DNA of 64,000 bases, from assembly GCA_044222185.1 (NCBI GenBank), contig JBGANV010000012.1:1-64000 (forward strand), given 5' to 3'. Origin of the DNA: Planctomycetota bacterium. Its GTDB lineage: Bacteria; Planctomycetota; GCA-002687715; CAIWVZ01. The notes below the pieces were generated by a model. It was not told the origin of the DNA. It searched no databases and saw nothing but the letters and a program-made list of their open reading frames with translations. Below, piece after piece: positions 51,173 to 60,014 of this stretch. The position numbers and the translations under genes are program-made. Each line of letters begins with the position of its first letter. Position 1 is the stretch's first letter.

Positions 51173-52198
51173 ATGATCGACGCGCGACGAGTTCTCTGCG
51201 GTGCGAGCGTGCTGGTGATCGGGTGGATCCTCGGTGGCTGTCAAGCTGGCTCGGTGAGCATCGCGGGAGTGATCGAGCCCGTGGTGGCGGACGATGGATA
51301 CGCGCTGACGACATGGCGCCTCGTGCCGCAGGGCGAGGACGACTCACTTCGGACGCCGACGGCGCTCGTCGTCTACGCCACCGGTTCCGAGGACCAGACG
51401 GTGACGCGGGTCATCGGAGAATTCGCCGGGTTTGCGATCCTGGGCGCTCGGGTCGTCCTCCCGGAGCGGCGCGGAGTTCGGGGTGACGAGCCCATCGACG
51501 AGGCGGCGACGCGTCTTGGTGCGACGCGCGGGCGGCGGATCGCCGATCTCGCGGCCGTCGTCCGCGCAGCAAGTCGCGCGGTCGATGAAGGCGTACCCCT
51601 GGTGCTCGTCGGGTCGAGTGAAGGTGCCGACGTGGCCGCCGCGGTCGCCGCCGAGGAGCCCCGCGTCACGCACCTGCTGCTGCTCGGCGGGGGTGGCGGG
51701 TGGACGCAGGCCGATGAGCTGCGCCATTTCGTGCGCTCTCGACCGGGGTATCTCGGCATCCACAGCGAGGCGGAACTCGACGATCGCCTGATGGACATCC
51801 GCCTCCGTCCGAATGCTGCGGAGGATTGGCTCGGGCATCCCTACCGACGGTGGAACTCTTATCTGTGGAATCGGCCTGCGGACGACCTCGTGAAAGTGAA
51901 GCGGCCGATCTTCATCGCCCACGGCGATCGGGACGAAAGCGTGCCCGTCGAGAGCGCCAGAGCTCTGCGCGATGCCTTGTCCGCCGCGTCCTCGGACTTC
52001 GAGTATCGCGAGTATGCCGGTGCCGATCACGCCTTCCTTCTTGCCGACGGAGTGACGTCCGCGTTCCCGCTCGTGGAGGTGGACGTGATCACGTGGCTGT
52101 CGGCGCACGGCGTACTTTCGCCAGCCGACGCCGCGTCCTTCACCGCTCGGGTGCGCGCCGCTCACCCGCGTTCGTTCCGAACGCCCGGCTCCGCCTGA
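51173..52198 (+). CDS. Alpha/beta hydrolase lipoprotein
   Basis: Lipobox LGGC, nucleophile elbow GSSEG, HGDRDESVP (Asp) and GADHAF (His). Confidence 0.87.
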   Translation: MIDARRVLCGASVLVIGWILGGCQAGSVSIAGVIEPVVADDGYALTTWRLVPQGEDDSLRTPTALVVYATGSEDQTVTRVIGEFAGFAILGARVVLPERRGVRGDEPIDEAATRLGATRGRRIADLAAVVRAASRAVDEGVPLVLVGSSEGADVAAAVAAEEPRVTHLLLLGGGGGWTQADELRHFVRSRPGYLGIHSEAELDDRLMDIRLRPNAAEDWLGHPYRRWNSYLWNRPADDLVKVKRPIFIAHGDRDESVPVESARALRDALSAASSDFEYREYAGADHAFLLADGVTSAFPLVEVDVITWLSAHGVLSPADAASFTARVRAAHPRSFRTPGSA

Positions 52199-52204
52199 CC
52201 GGCC

Positions 52205-52625
52205 CGCGCCGGAGCGCCAGGCTTCGCCTGGCCGGACCGCGAGGCCTCCCGGCCTCGCGTGAACGTCGACGGCTCATCCTCACCAACCACCCCCGCATTC
52301 AATCGCGCACGGACCGACCGGACATGCGGCGCGTCGACGTCCGGTCGCCACTTCCGGCAGGGCGAAGCCCTGCCATCCGGCCGCGCTGGAGCGCGGCGCT
52401 CCTCCGATCGCGAAGCCGGAGCGCCAGGCTTTGCCTGGCCGGACCGATTCGAGGCGAGATCATCCCCCGATTCCGTGACGCTGTCACGAGAGTGAGCGGG
52501 ATGCGCGGCCAGCAATGGAACGTTCTCGGCGACCCGTAGCCGGCGCCACCGATGTCGGGCTGGACCGCCATCCGGAGCGCCAGACGCTTTGCCCGGCTGG
52601 ATCGCGAGGCCTCCGGACTTGCCCG
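52205..52625. repeat. REP-like cluster (forward units at 52211, 52418 and degenerate 52574; inverted unit ~52356-52403)
   Basis: Same GGAGCGCCAGGC-loop-GCCTGGCCGGACC and GGCAGGGC-loop-GCCCTGCC hairpins as the other clusters; lies between convergent genes. Confidence 0.85.
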
Positions 52626-52715
52626 AGCCGTCGTCATGCGCCCCAAAAAAGGACGGCGGAGAGGCCAATGGCCACTCCGCCGTTCAGCACAAGACACTGA
52701 AGTCAGGCGCGGTGA

Positions 52716-53942
52716 TCAGTTCCCGGATTGCCCGGTCACACCGCCGACGATCGGTTTGACGTTCGACTTGGGTTTGCTGGTCATTCCACCGAAGAGCGAA
52801 CGCGAGTGCTCGAGGTTGACTTCAAGTTTCTTGTTCTGTGGTACACGCCCGGTGTACTCCTTGAAGCCGCCCCCTCAACAGCCTCCGAATCGGCCCTCGA
52901 CGACGACCGCCTTGGTCTCGGCGTCGTAGACGATGATCTTCGGAGACTTCGCATCGGGCTTGAACTCGTAGTACTCCTCGCCGCCCCGGCCCATGAATTT
53001 CACGGTCGGGGGCACGGTGAGCTTGTCCTTGTCGATCGAGAACTCGAAGTCCATGTCGAGAGGACCGCCCCACGCCATCGAGGTCGACTTGCCCGCTTCG
53101 ACGGTGAGCGGCTTGCAGTTGGTGCCACGGACCTTGGCGGTTTCGCCGCCCTTCCGCACGAAGCCCCAAAGCAGCTTGTACTCACCGGCTGGAACGGTCA
53201 GTCCGTTCTTGAGCGCCGAAAGCTCGAACGAGATGTCGCCTGCTGCGTTCGCGATCACGGCTGACTGCAGCTCTCCGCCTTCGGACTTGAAGCCCGATGC
53301 GAGATTCACCGTCCCCGTCGGCGTCGTGCACGGCTCGACCTTCACCGAGTCGCCGCCAGGCGTCACGGAAAGTGAGTAGAGCTGGCCGCTGATCGAAATC
53401 GTGCGTGACAGCAGCGACGCCGCCTTGCCCGATCCGACGATCATCGCGTCCGTTCCAAACTCGTCGAACCGCCCGTTGCCGTTCAGGTCGATGAGCTTGA
53501 TGTCACAGCCGGCGACCTTGCCACCCATTGCGCAGGTGCTCAGGTACTTCCACGCCGTGCCTTCGTTGATGATCCGGACCGCATACGAGAAGGCCCGTCC
53601 CTCGCTGGACTTGCCTTTCAACACGACCGAACCACCGACGCCCTTGACCCGCTCATCGACCTTGCCGTCGCCGTTGGTGTCGACGCCAAGCGAGATCCCG
53701 TCGCTCTCCACGAAGAAGCCGCGTCCGCCGGCATGGGGAACCGGGATGATCTGTCGACCATCCGGTTCCGCGCCGAGCGGTAGCGGGACTTCATTGGGAA
53801 CGAGGAACTCCCATTTCGGCGGGACGAAGAGCCTCATTTGAGACTCGGCGCCTCCGCTGCCATCTCCCCCGCGGCACCACCCCGATGAGGCGATGATGCA
53901 CGCGAGGAAGCTGGCCAGGAGCACACGTTGCTCTTTGACCAT
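52716..53942 (-). CDS. Secreted hypothetical protein, candidate selenoprotein (UGA at 52875-52877 read as Sec; 408 aa)
   Basis: GGAGG RBS, signal peptide and EF-hand-like DTNGDGKVD / DLNGNGRFD. The ORF track stops at FGGC*, but the frame continues GGGFKEYTGRVPQNKKLEVNLEHSRSLFGGMTSKPKSNVKPIVGGVTGQSGN* with a hairpin just downstream of the UGA. Confidence 0.72.
52841..52874 (-). promoter_or_regulatory. Candidate bacterial SECIS element
   Basis: mRNA UGA-GGGGGCGGCUUCAAGGA-GUACAC-CGGGC-GUGUAC: a perfect 6-bp stem starting 18 nt after the UGA with a G-containing apical loop. Confidence 0.6.
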
Positions 53943-54224
53943 GTTGTCCTCCGATAGGAATGACCAGACTGGCCGCACACATGCGCGGCCGGCGGCGATT
54001 CTATCGGCTGAGGCGGAGCTGGTTGGCCGGATTCGCGGAAATGCAGAAACCGTGGATGGGGAACCGGACGGGCCGGCGACTCGCACCGTACAGGCGCGCC
54101 CCGTGACGCTGGCTTCACGCGGCTGGCCGCAATTGGATCTCCGTCTTCTCGGTTGGAGCGACGGTCGACGTGCCCCTGCGGCACGATCACCAGCCTCGAC
54201 TGGCCCGGATCCGGGCCCCGTCGA

Positions 54225-56387
54225 TCACCCAGCGGCAAGGTCGACGGATCGGCCGATCACCTGCTCGAGGATGTCCTCGATGGTGAAGAGGCCGATCGGA
54301 TGACCGGCGTCCTCCACGAGACAAACGGTGGTGCCAGTGCGCTGAAACTCGGCGAGCGTGGAGGTGAGGGCCTCATCTGGACCGATCGTGCGCAAGGGCC
54401 GCACCAATCGGGTCCAGTCGTCAGGCGTCGCAGGTTCGCCGTCCCCGAACAGGTCCTTCACGAGCAGGTAGCCGATCGGCCGGCCATCGGTGTCCTCGAC
54501 CGGCCACCGCGAAAAACGCTCCTTCGCGAGTTGCCGGAGTACTTGGGAGAAATCCGCCGACGTCGACAGCCGGCGCACGCGCGACCACGGAACCATCACG
54601 CTGCGAACCGTGCGATCACCCAGGTTGGCGACGTTCTCGAGGATCAGCCGAAGCTTGACCTCGCGAATCGAGTGCTCGATGCCGTCGCGGCTCACGCCGG
54701 CGTCCTTCAGCACCAGGCGCACGAGTGCCAGCGCCGCCTCGGCCTCCTCGAACACGGCCGCGGATGCACCGGCCTGCTCGAGCGCGGCCCGCTCCGACAG
54801 GTAGCGCGCCCGCACGACGATCTTCGCCGTGGGGTTCATCGTGCGAGCGGCGCTGACGACGGCGAGCCGGTCGGCAGCGTGCGGCAGCGTGAGGATCACG
54901 TGAGACGCTCGCGCGACGCCGGCCTCACCGAGGATCAGTGATCGAGACGCGTCGCCGAAGATGGCGAGACGCTGGCGCGCATGGAGCTCGCGCACCGTCT
55001 CGAGATTCAGATCCACGACGACGGTCTCGAGCCCCGCCTCGCGAAGCAGGTGATCGACGGATTGCCCCACAGGCCCGAACCCGACGACCACGGCCAGCGG
55101 CTTCTGTTTCATGGCCGGTTCGGCCACGGCCCGGATCGTGGCGATGTTGCCCGCTCGCACGGCGCCGCGTGCGCCCCGATTCAGGGCGCTCCACAACCTC
55201 GGCCGCCGTCGGATCCAACCGTCGAGCGCGGGCAACGCCGCGAAGAGAAGCGGGTTGAGGGTGATCGCGACGATCGCCGCACCCACCAGCGCGTTGTGGC
55301 CGGCCTCGGGCATCAGCCCCTGCCTGCGCCCCACGTCCGAGAGGATGAACGAGAACTCGCCGATCTGGGCGAGCCCGACCGCGACGGTCAGCGCCGTCTT
55401 CGACGAGTGTCGGAAGGCCATCACGAGGGCGAACGCCACGAGCGGCTTCAGCACGAGGATGACGGCGAGGGCACCGAAGAGCGTCCCCGGGTTCTCGACG
55501 ACCGATTTCGGATCGAAGAGCATTCCGACCGAGACGAAGAACACGACGGCGAAGGCATCTCGCAGGGGAAGTGCGTCCGCGGCGGCCTGATGGCTCGATG
55601 GCGACTGAGCGACCATCATGCCGGCGAGGAACGCTCCGAGCGCCATGGATGCTCCGAACGCCGCGTAGGCCCCGACCGCCAGTGCGATCGACACCACGAG
55701 CACCGTGAGCGTGAAGAGCTCGCGTGAGCGGAGTCGTGCGACGCGCGCGAGCAGCCACGGGATCGCACGGGCGCCGACGACCATGAGGATCGCCACGAAG
55801 GCGCCGAGCTTGAGCAAGGCCACGCCCAGGGTCGTCGCGATCTGCCATCCGGACGCCGCCGGATCGCCCGGGCCTCCGAACGCCGGGATCAACACCAGCA
55901 CGACGACCGTGAGGATGTCCTCGACGACGAGCCATCCGATGGCGATGTGACCCTCGGGCGTATCGAGGGCCTGGCGGTCGTCGAGCATGCGAATCAACAC
56001 GACCGTGCTGGCGACCGCGAGCGCCAGCCCGAAGACGATGCCCGAGCCCATGGGAAAGCCGAGCACCGCGAAGGCCGCGGCACTAACGACGGTGGCGGCG
56101 AGACTCTGCCCCAGCGCGCCCGTGATGGCGGTGCGCTTCACCGCGAGCAGGTCCTTCAGATCGAAATGGAGCCCGACCCCGAACATCAGCAGGATCACCC
56201 CGACTTCCGAAAGCTGCTGCGCGATGTGGACGTCGCCGGTGAATCCGGGAGTGTGTGGCCCGATCGCGATGCCGGCGAGGAGATAGCCCACGATCGGCGA
56301 CAAGCGGAGACGCTGGGTCAGGAGGCCCAGCAGCCAGGCAGCGGTGAACGCCGCGGCGATCGTCGTGACCAGGGGGATATCGTGCAC
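54225..56387 (-). CDS. CPA2 cation:proton antiporter (YbaL/KefC-like) with TrkA-N and C-terminal CBS pair
   Basis: SPIVGYLLAG, EVGVILLMFGVGL, ASTVV, GWLVVED, LGAFLAG, QIGEFSFIL, VVGFGPVG, and CBS-like VRSVMVP...FSRWPV...IGLFTIEDILEQVIG. Confidence 0.93.
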   Translation of the reverse strand: MHDIPLVTTIAAAFTAAWLLGLLTQRLRLSPIVGYLLAGIAIGPHTPGFTGDVHIAQQLSEVGVILLMFGVGLHFDLKDLLAVKRTAITGALGQSLAATVVSAAAFAVLGFPMGSGIVFGLALAVASTVVLIRMLDDRQALDTPEGHIAIGWLVVEDILTVVVLVLIPAFGGPGDPAASGWQIATTLGVALLKLGAFVAILMVVGARAIPWLLARVARLRSRELFTLTVLVVSIALAVGAYAAFGASMALGAFLAGMMVAQSPSSHQAAADALPLRDAFAVVFFVSVGMLFDPKSVVENPGTLFGALAVILVLKPLVAFALVMAFRHSSKTALTVAVGLAQIGEFSFILSDVGRRQGLMPEAGHNALVGAAIVAITLNPLLFAALPALDGWIRRRPRLWSALNRGARGAVRAGNIATIRAVAEPAMKQKPLAVVVGFGPVGQSVDHLLREAGLETVVVDLNLETVRELHARQRLAIFGDASRSLILGEAGVARASHVILTLPHAADRLAVVSAARTMNPTAKIVVRARYLSERAALEQAGASAAVFEEAEAALALVRLVLKDAGVSRDGIEHSIREVKLRLILENVANLGDRTVRSVMVPWSRVRRLSTSADFSQVLRQLAKERFSRWPVEDTDGRPIGYLLVKDLFGDGEPATPDDWTRLVRPLRTIGPDEALTSTLAEFQRTGTTVCLVEDAGHPIGLFTIEDILEQVIGRSVDLAAG

Positions 56388-56651
56388 GCGTGGCACGATA
56401 CACGACGCCGGCATCACGACACGGATGCCGTGTGTCCGGGAGGCTACGAGGGCGCGTCTCGCGGCGCTCGGGGCTCGCTCGTCGACGCCGCGCCCGCGCG
56501 GTCGATCGTGCGGCTGAGCGCGTGCGGAGCGCGCAATTCGCGGAAGGCTCAGGTCTCGGGATCGACCTCCGATAAGGAACCCAGATCCGGGTCACACGGG
56601 CCCGGGAGTGCGACCGCTCGCGCTCGTGCGGTCGGGAGGGTTCACATCGTC

Positions 56652-57206
56652 ATGTCTTCGATCAGCATCAGCGCCGCGCTCTCCAGCCTGTCATCGCACG
56701 CCACGGCACCAACACCCGGCGCCACGGCGCGTTCGCGCGGCGCTTCCGGCGCGACGGAGTCCGGTCCGGTCGCGGACGGAGCTCACGCTGCGCATCGGCA
56801 TCGCTCACGCCCACCCGGGTCGTTCCCGCAGGAGTTGCAGGACGCCGTGATCACCGCGCTCGACGACGCCAGGAGCCAGCCGTCCTCCGATCCGAACAAG
56901 ATCGTCGAGGAGGCCATCGCCAAGGTGCTCGGCAACCGCAAGCCTGGTCGCGGTGCGCACGTCGAGGGGATTCGAGGTGGGGAGCCGGACGGCGACGCCC
57001 ACTTCGCCTTCGCCGCCGGTGTCGAAGCCCAGAACGCGGCGCAGCAGGCGTTCTTCCGCAAGCTCCAGGAGTTCGGCATCGACCCGGAGCAGTTTCGGCG
57101 CGACTTCGAGTCGGCCGTGAGGAACACGCTCAGCGGTCAGGAGCCCGATCCGTCGAGCGCGTTCAAGGCGTTCCCGCCGGGGTTGACGGTCGACACGCCG
57201 GCCTGA
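56652..57206 (+). CDS. Hypothetical protein
   Basis: GGGAGG RBS, low-complexity Ser/Ala N-terminus, helical core and C-terminal GLTVDTPA. Confidence 0.75.
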   Translation: MSSISISAALSSLSSHATAPTPGATARSRGASGATESGPVADGAHAAHRHRSRPPGSFPQELQDAVITALDDARSQPSSDPNKIVEEAIAKVLGNRKPGRGAHVEGIRGGEPDGDAHFAFAAGVEAQNAAQQAFFRKLQEFGIDPEQFRRDFESAVRNTLSGQEPDPSSAFKAFPPGLTVDTPA

Positions 57207-57231
57207 GGCCGAGCGGCCGGGCTGCGGCCTC
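57205..57231. terminator. Possible bidirectional hairpin between convergent genes
   Basis: GAGGCCG...CGGCCTC stem directly after the stop codon; no U-tract. Confidence 0.3.
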
Positions 57232-57263
57232 GGTGCATCGTGCGGCCGTTCGTCGACTCGCCG

Positions 57264-59546
57264 TCACATGATGCGGATGACGGCCGTGTCCGAGACGCGG
57301 AACTGGCACGCCGCGCCCGAGAAGTCGGCACCCTGGATTGCGAAGTCCACACCGACGAGCGCCCCGTCGGCGGGGATCGTTCCGCTGAGAGTCGCGCCGT
57401 TGATCACGATGGGCGAGTTCACGATGTCCACGCCGAGCAGGCAGCTGCCGCAGAGTGGCGTCGGAGCGATCGGCGCACCGATCACGATGAGCGGATTGAC
57501 GCCGGCGTTCGGCATCGAAATCGTCAACTGCTGGCCGATGATCAACTGCCCGGACATCGCAAGCCCCAGGCTTCCGCAACCCGTCGCCAGGCTCGCAAGG
57601 CCGCCGCTCGCGGCGCGCGCCAGGTATCGCGCCGAGCCGACGCCTCGCGGGTTCGAGCCCCAGTCGAACACGATTTCCGTCTCGACGCCGCGTTCACCGC
57701 CATCGAACTTCGACGCGATCGCAGGGGCGGCTTCGATGGAGAACGACGTGGAGACGTCCGCGTTCGCCTCGCTCACCCCGAAGACGGTTCCTCCGATGAC
57801 GTTCAACGTCGTGGCGTGGAGGTCGTAGTCGGGCGAGCCTGGCGTCCACAGCTCGGAGTATGCGATCGTGTACGTCGCACCGGTGCAGGTCGCCGTCGGC
57901 CTGTGACGGTCGTAGTCGAGCGAACCCTCGATCAACGCGAGGTTGTTGGACCCGGTCACGAACGACTGTCCCTGCATCAGCTGATAGCCCACGTGGGACA
58001 CGGCCCCGACCACTTCATAGGTCACGAGCCACTGCGACGCCCCGAGCGTCGGATCGGAGAGGGTCGTCACGCTGGGTTCGATGCTGTCGATGGGAGTCGT
58101 GTTGACGGGGAATGGCGATGTGACGACCGTGGCGTCCCAGGAGAGCCGCGCGCCGACGAGATCGTGCTGCGCGCCGAGCTGACGCTGCCAGACGAGCTGC
58201 CAGAACTGCGAGTAGGAACCACCGATCCCGTCGGACTTGGAGATCGCCGGATGCTGGTCGCGGTCGCTGCCGAGGTTCGAGATCGCCAGGACTCCCGTGA
58301 ACGATGCACCCGTCGAGGTGACGAGACGGGCATGGATGTCCTCGTCCGTCGCGGTGTAGTCCCGCTGCCACGCCACGCAGTAGTAGGTCGGCGAGAGCGT
58401 GCTGGGGTCACCACCGACGACGGGCTCGTGCTTGTCGCCACCCTCGGCGCCGCTGATCTGGAACTGCGCACCGCTCGACGGCGGCAGGCCCGACTCGACG
58501 GTGCGTCCCCAGATCTGCCGTGCCGGTGCGGCGCCCCGGGCTCCGACCACGAGGAACTGCGTTGCGACGCGGTTCGCTGCGACGCGGGGGTGCGTCCAAT
58601 CGAGCACGGACGAATCGATGATCGTGAACGATCCCGACTGAACGACGCCGGTATAGCCGAGGAAGTAGGCGTACACGTCGTGGTCGACGGCCGAATACGT
58701 CCGCGTGAAGACGACGAGGAAGTGGTTCATTCCGGTCTCGAATGCCACGTCCGAGTCGTAGGCGTCGTCGCCCGTGGAGTAGACGAGTTGCGTCGCGAGA
58801 CCCGGGTCGACCGTGAGCGGGTAGCGAGCGGATTCGAGGAACGTCTCGGGAACGGTGATGACGAGGCAATCACCCTGGATGCGGGGCGGGAGCGTCGACG
58901 CGCGACCGTCGGCATCGACGACGGTGGCGAGTCCATAATGCATGCCTCCGAAGGGGCCGGTGAACGCGATGCCGTCGTCGGTCTCGACGGCCGCGAGCGT
59001 CGTCGTCGCGCGGATGCGAAGCTCCAACGCACCGGCCGCCAGCGGCTGCGCGAGCGTGAACGACTGCTCGACGCCGTGGAGGTCTACGTCGTAGATCTCC
59101 TGGACGAGGCCGCGGTCGAAGGTCACGCGGTGTCCCGTGCGCCGAGGCTCGACGTCGGCGGCAAAACGGGCCTTGCGCGCTCCGGCGCGGATCGAGTCGA
59201 GGCGGAACGAGACGGGCATGCTCTGCGGCGCTGCCGGGCCGAGCGCGGGGTGAAACGCGGCGCCTGTCGCGTCGAAGGCCATCTTGTAGTCCTGGCCCAC
59301 GGCCCACGTCGTCGACCCGTCGATGTCGAACATGACGTTGGTCTGGATAGGGCCGGGCGATCGTCCGTCGACGTTGGTTTTTGGCGCCCGCGGCTGGGCC
59401 ACGGGGACGGACGGATCGTCGGCGGCGCCGATGCCGCTCGGGAGCGGCGTGCCGGCGGTCTTGGTGTCGAGGGGGGATTGCGCCGCGGTCATTGCGGCAA
59501 GAAGGCAGACGAGGAGGGCGATCGGAATCGAGCGGATCGGTTTCAT
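57264..59546 (-). CDS. Secreted repeat protein (beta-propeller-like WQR/DI/P.I repeats) with the shared C-terminal domain
   Basis: Signal peptide ...MTAA|Q, N-domain EIYDVDLHGVEQSF...YPLTVDP, repeats VAWQRDY..DEDIHARLV, and C-terminus GCG...IPADGALVGVDFAIQG. Confidence 0.82.
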   Translation of the reverse strand: MKPIRSIPIALLVCLLAAMTAAQSPLDTKTAGTPLPSGIGAADDPSVPVAQPRAPKTNVDGRSPGPIQTNVMFDIDGSTTWAVGQDYKMAFDATGAAFHPALGPAAPQSMPVSFRLDSIRAGARKARFAADVEPRRTGHRVTFDRGLVQEIYDVDLHGVEQSFTLAQPLAAGALELRIRATTTLAAVETDDGIAFTGPFGGMHYGLATVVDADGRASTLPPRIQGDCLVITVPETFLESARYPLTVDPGLATQLVYSTGDDAYDSDVAFETGMNHFLVVFTRTYSAVDHDVYAYFLGYTGVVQSGSFTIIDSSVLDWTHPRVAANRVATQFLVVGARGAAPARQIWGRTVESGLPPSSGAQFQISGAEGGDKHEPVVGGDPSTLSPTYYCVAWQRDYTATDEDIHARLVTSTGASFTGVLAISNLGSDRDQHPAISKSDGIGGSYSQFWQLVWQRQLGAQHDLVGARLSWDATVVTSPFPVNTTPIDSIEPSVTTLSDPTLGASQWLVTYEVVGAVSHVGYQLMQGQSFVTGSNNLALIEGSLDYDRHRPTATCTGATYTIAYSELWTPGSPDYDLHATTLNVIGGTVFGVSEANADVSTSFSIEAAPAIASKFDGGERGVETEIVFDWGSNPRGVGSARYLARAASGGLASLATGCGSLGLAMSGQLIIGQQLTISMPNAGVNPLIVIGAPIAPTPLCGSCLLGVDIVNSPIVINGATLSGTIPADGALVGVDFAIQGADFSGAACQFRVSDTAVIRIM

Positions 59547-59704
59547 GATGGGTTCCCTGTGTCGATGGTGTCGCCGCAGCTGCGGCCAGCGATCGCGCGC
59601 TGGTCGACCCGTCGCTGCGGTGCTGTTCAGGGGCTCTTCACGCCGCCCGTCGTTTTCATGAAATCGTTCCCGAATTTCCGCCAGGCTTCAGTTGGCCTCG
59701 GGCG

Positions 59705-60014
59705 AATGCGGAGACGCAGCCGTGGCGCGAACGAACGGGCCGGGTGGGGTGGAATGGTGAGTGCCACTCGCGGCAGGGCAGAGCCCTGCCGATCCAGCCG
59801 CGCTGGAGTGCGGCGCTGCGGGGCGATCGAGAATCGGTCGGAGCGCCAGGCTCCGCCTGGCCGGACCGCGAGGCCTCCCGGCCTCGCGCGAACGTGGAGA
59901 CGCCATCGTGATGCGAACGAACGGGCCGGGTGGGGTGGAATGGCGACTGCCACTCGCGGCAGGGCAGAGCGCTGCCGATCCAGCCGCGCTGGAGTGCGGC
60001 GCTGCGGGGCGATC
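59705..60014. repeat. REP-like cluster: two ~100-bp direct repeats (period 186) flanking a GGAG unit at 59840
   Basis: 59727-59828 is nearly identical to 59913-60014, and both carry the inverted double-hairpin unit. Confidence 0.88.

Noticed and set aside
10171-59546. Canonical T9SS CTD or PEP-CTERM assignment for the shared tail
   Set aside because: There is no T9SS-type YxxxG/GxY motif, no PEP motif and no TM-plus-basic tail; it is kept as a separate unknown domain.
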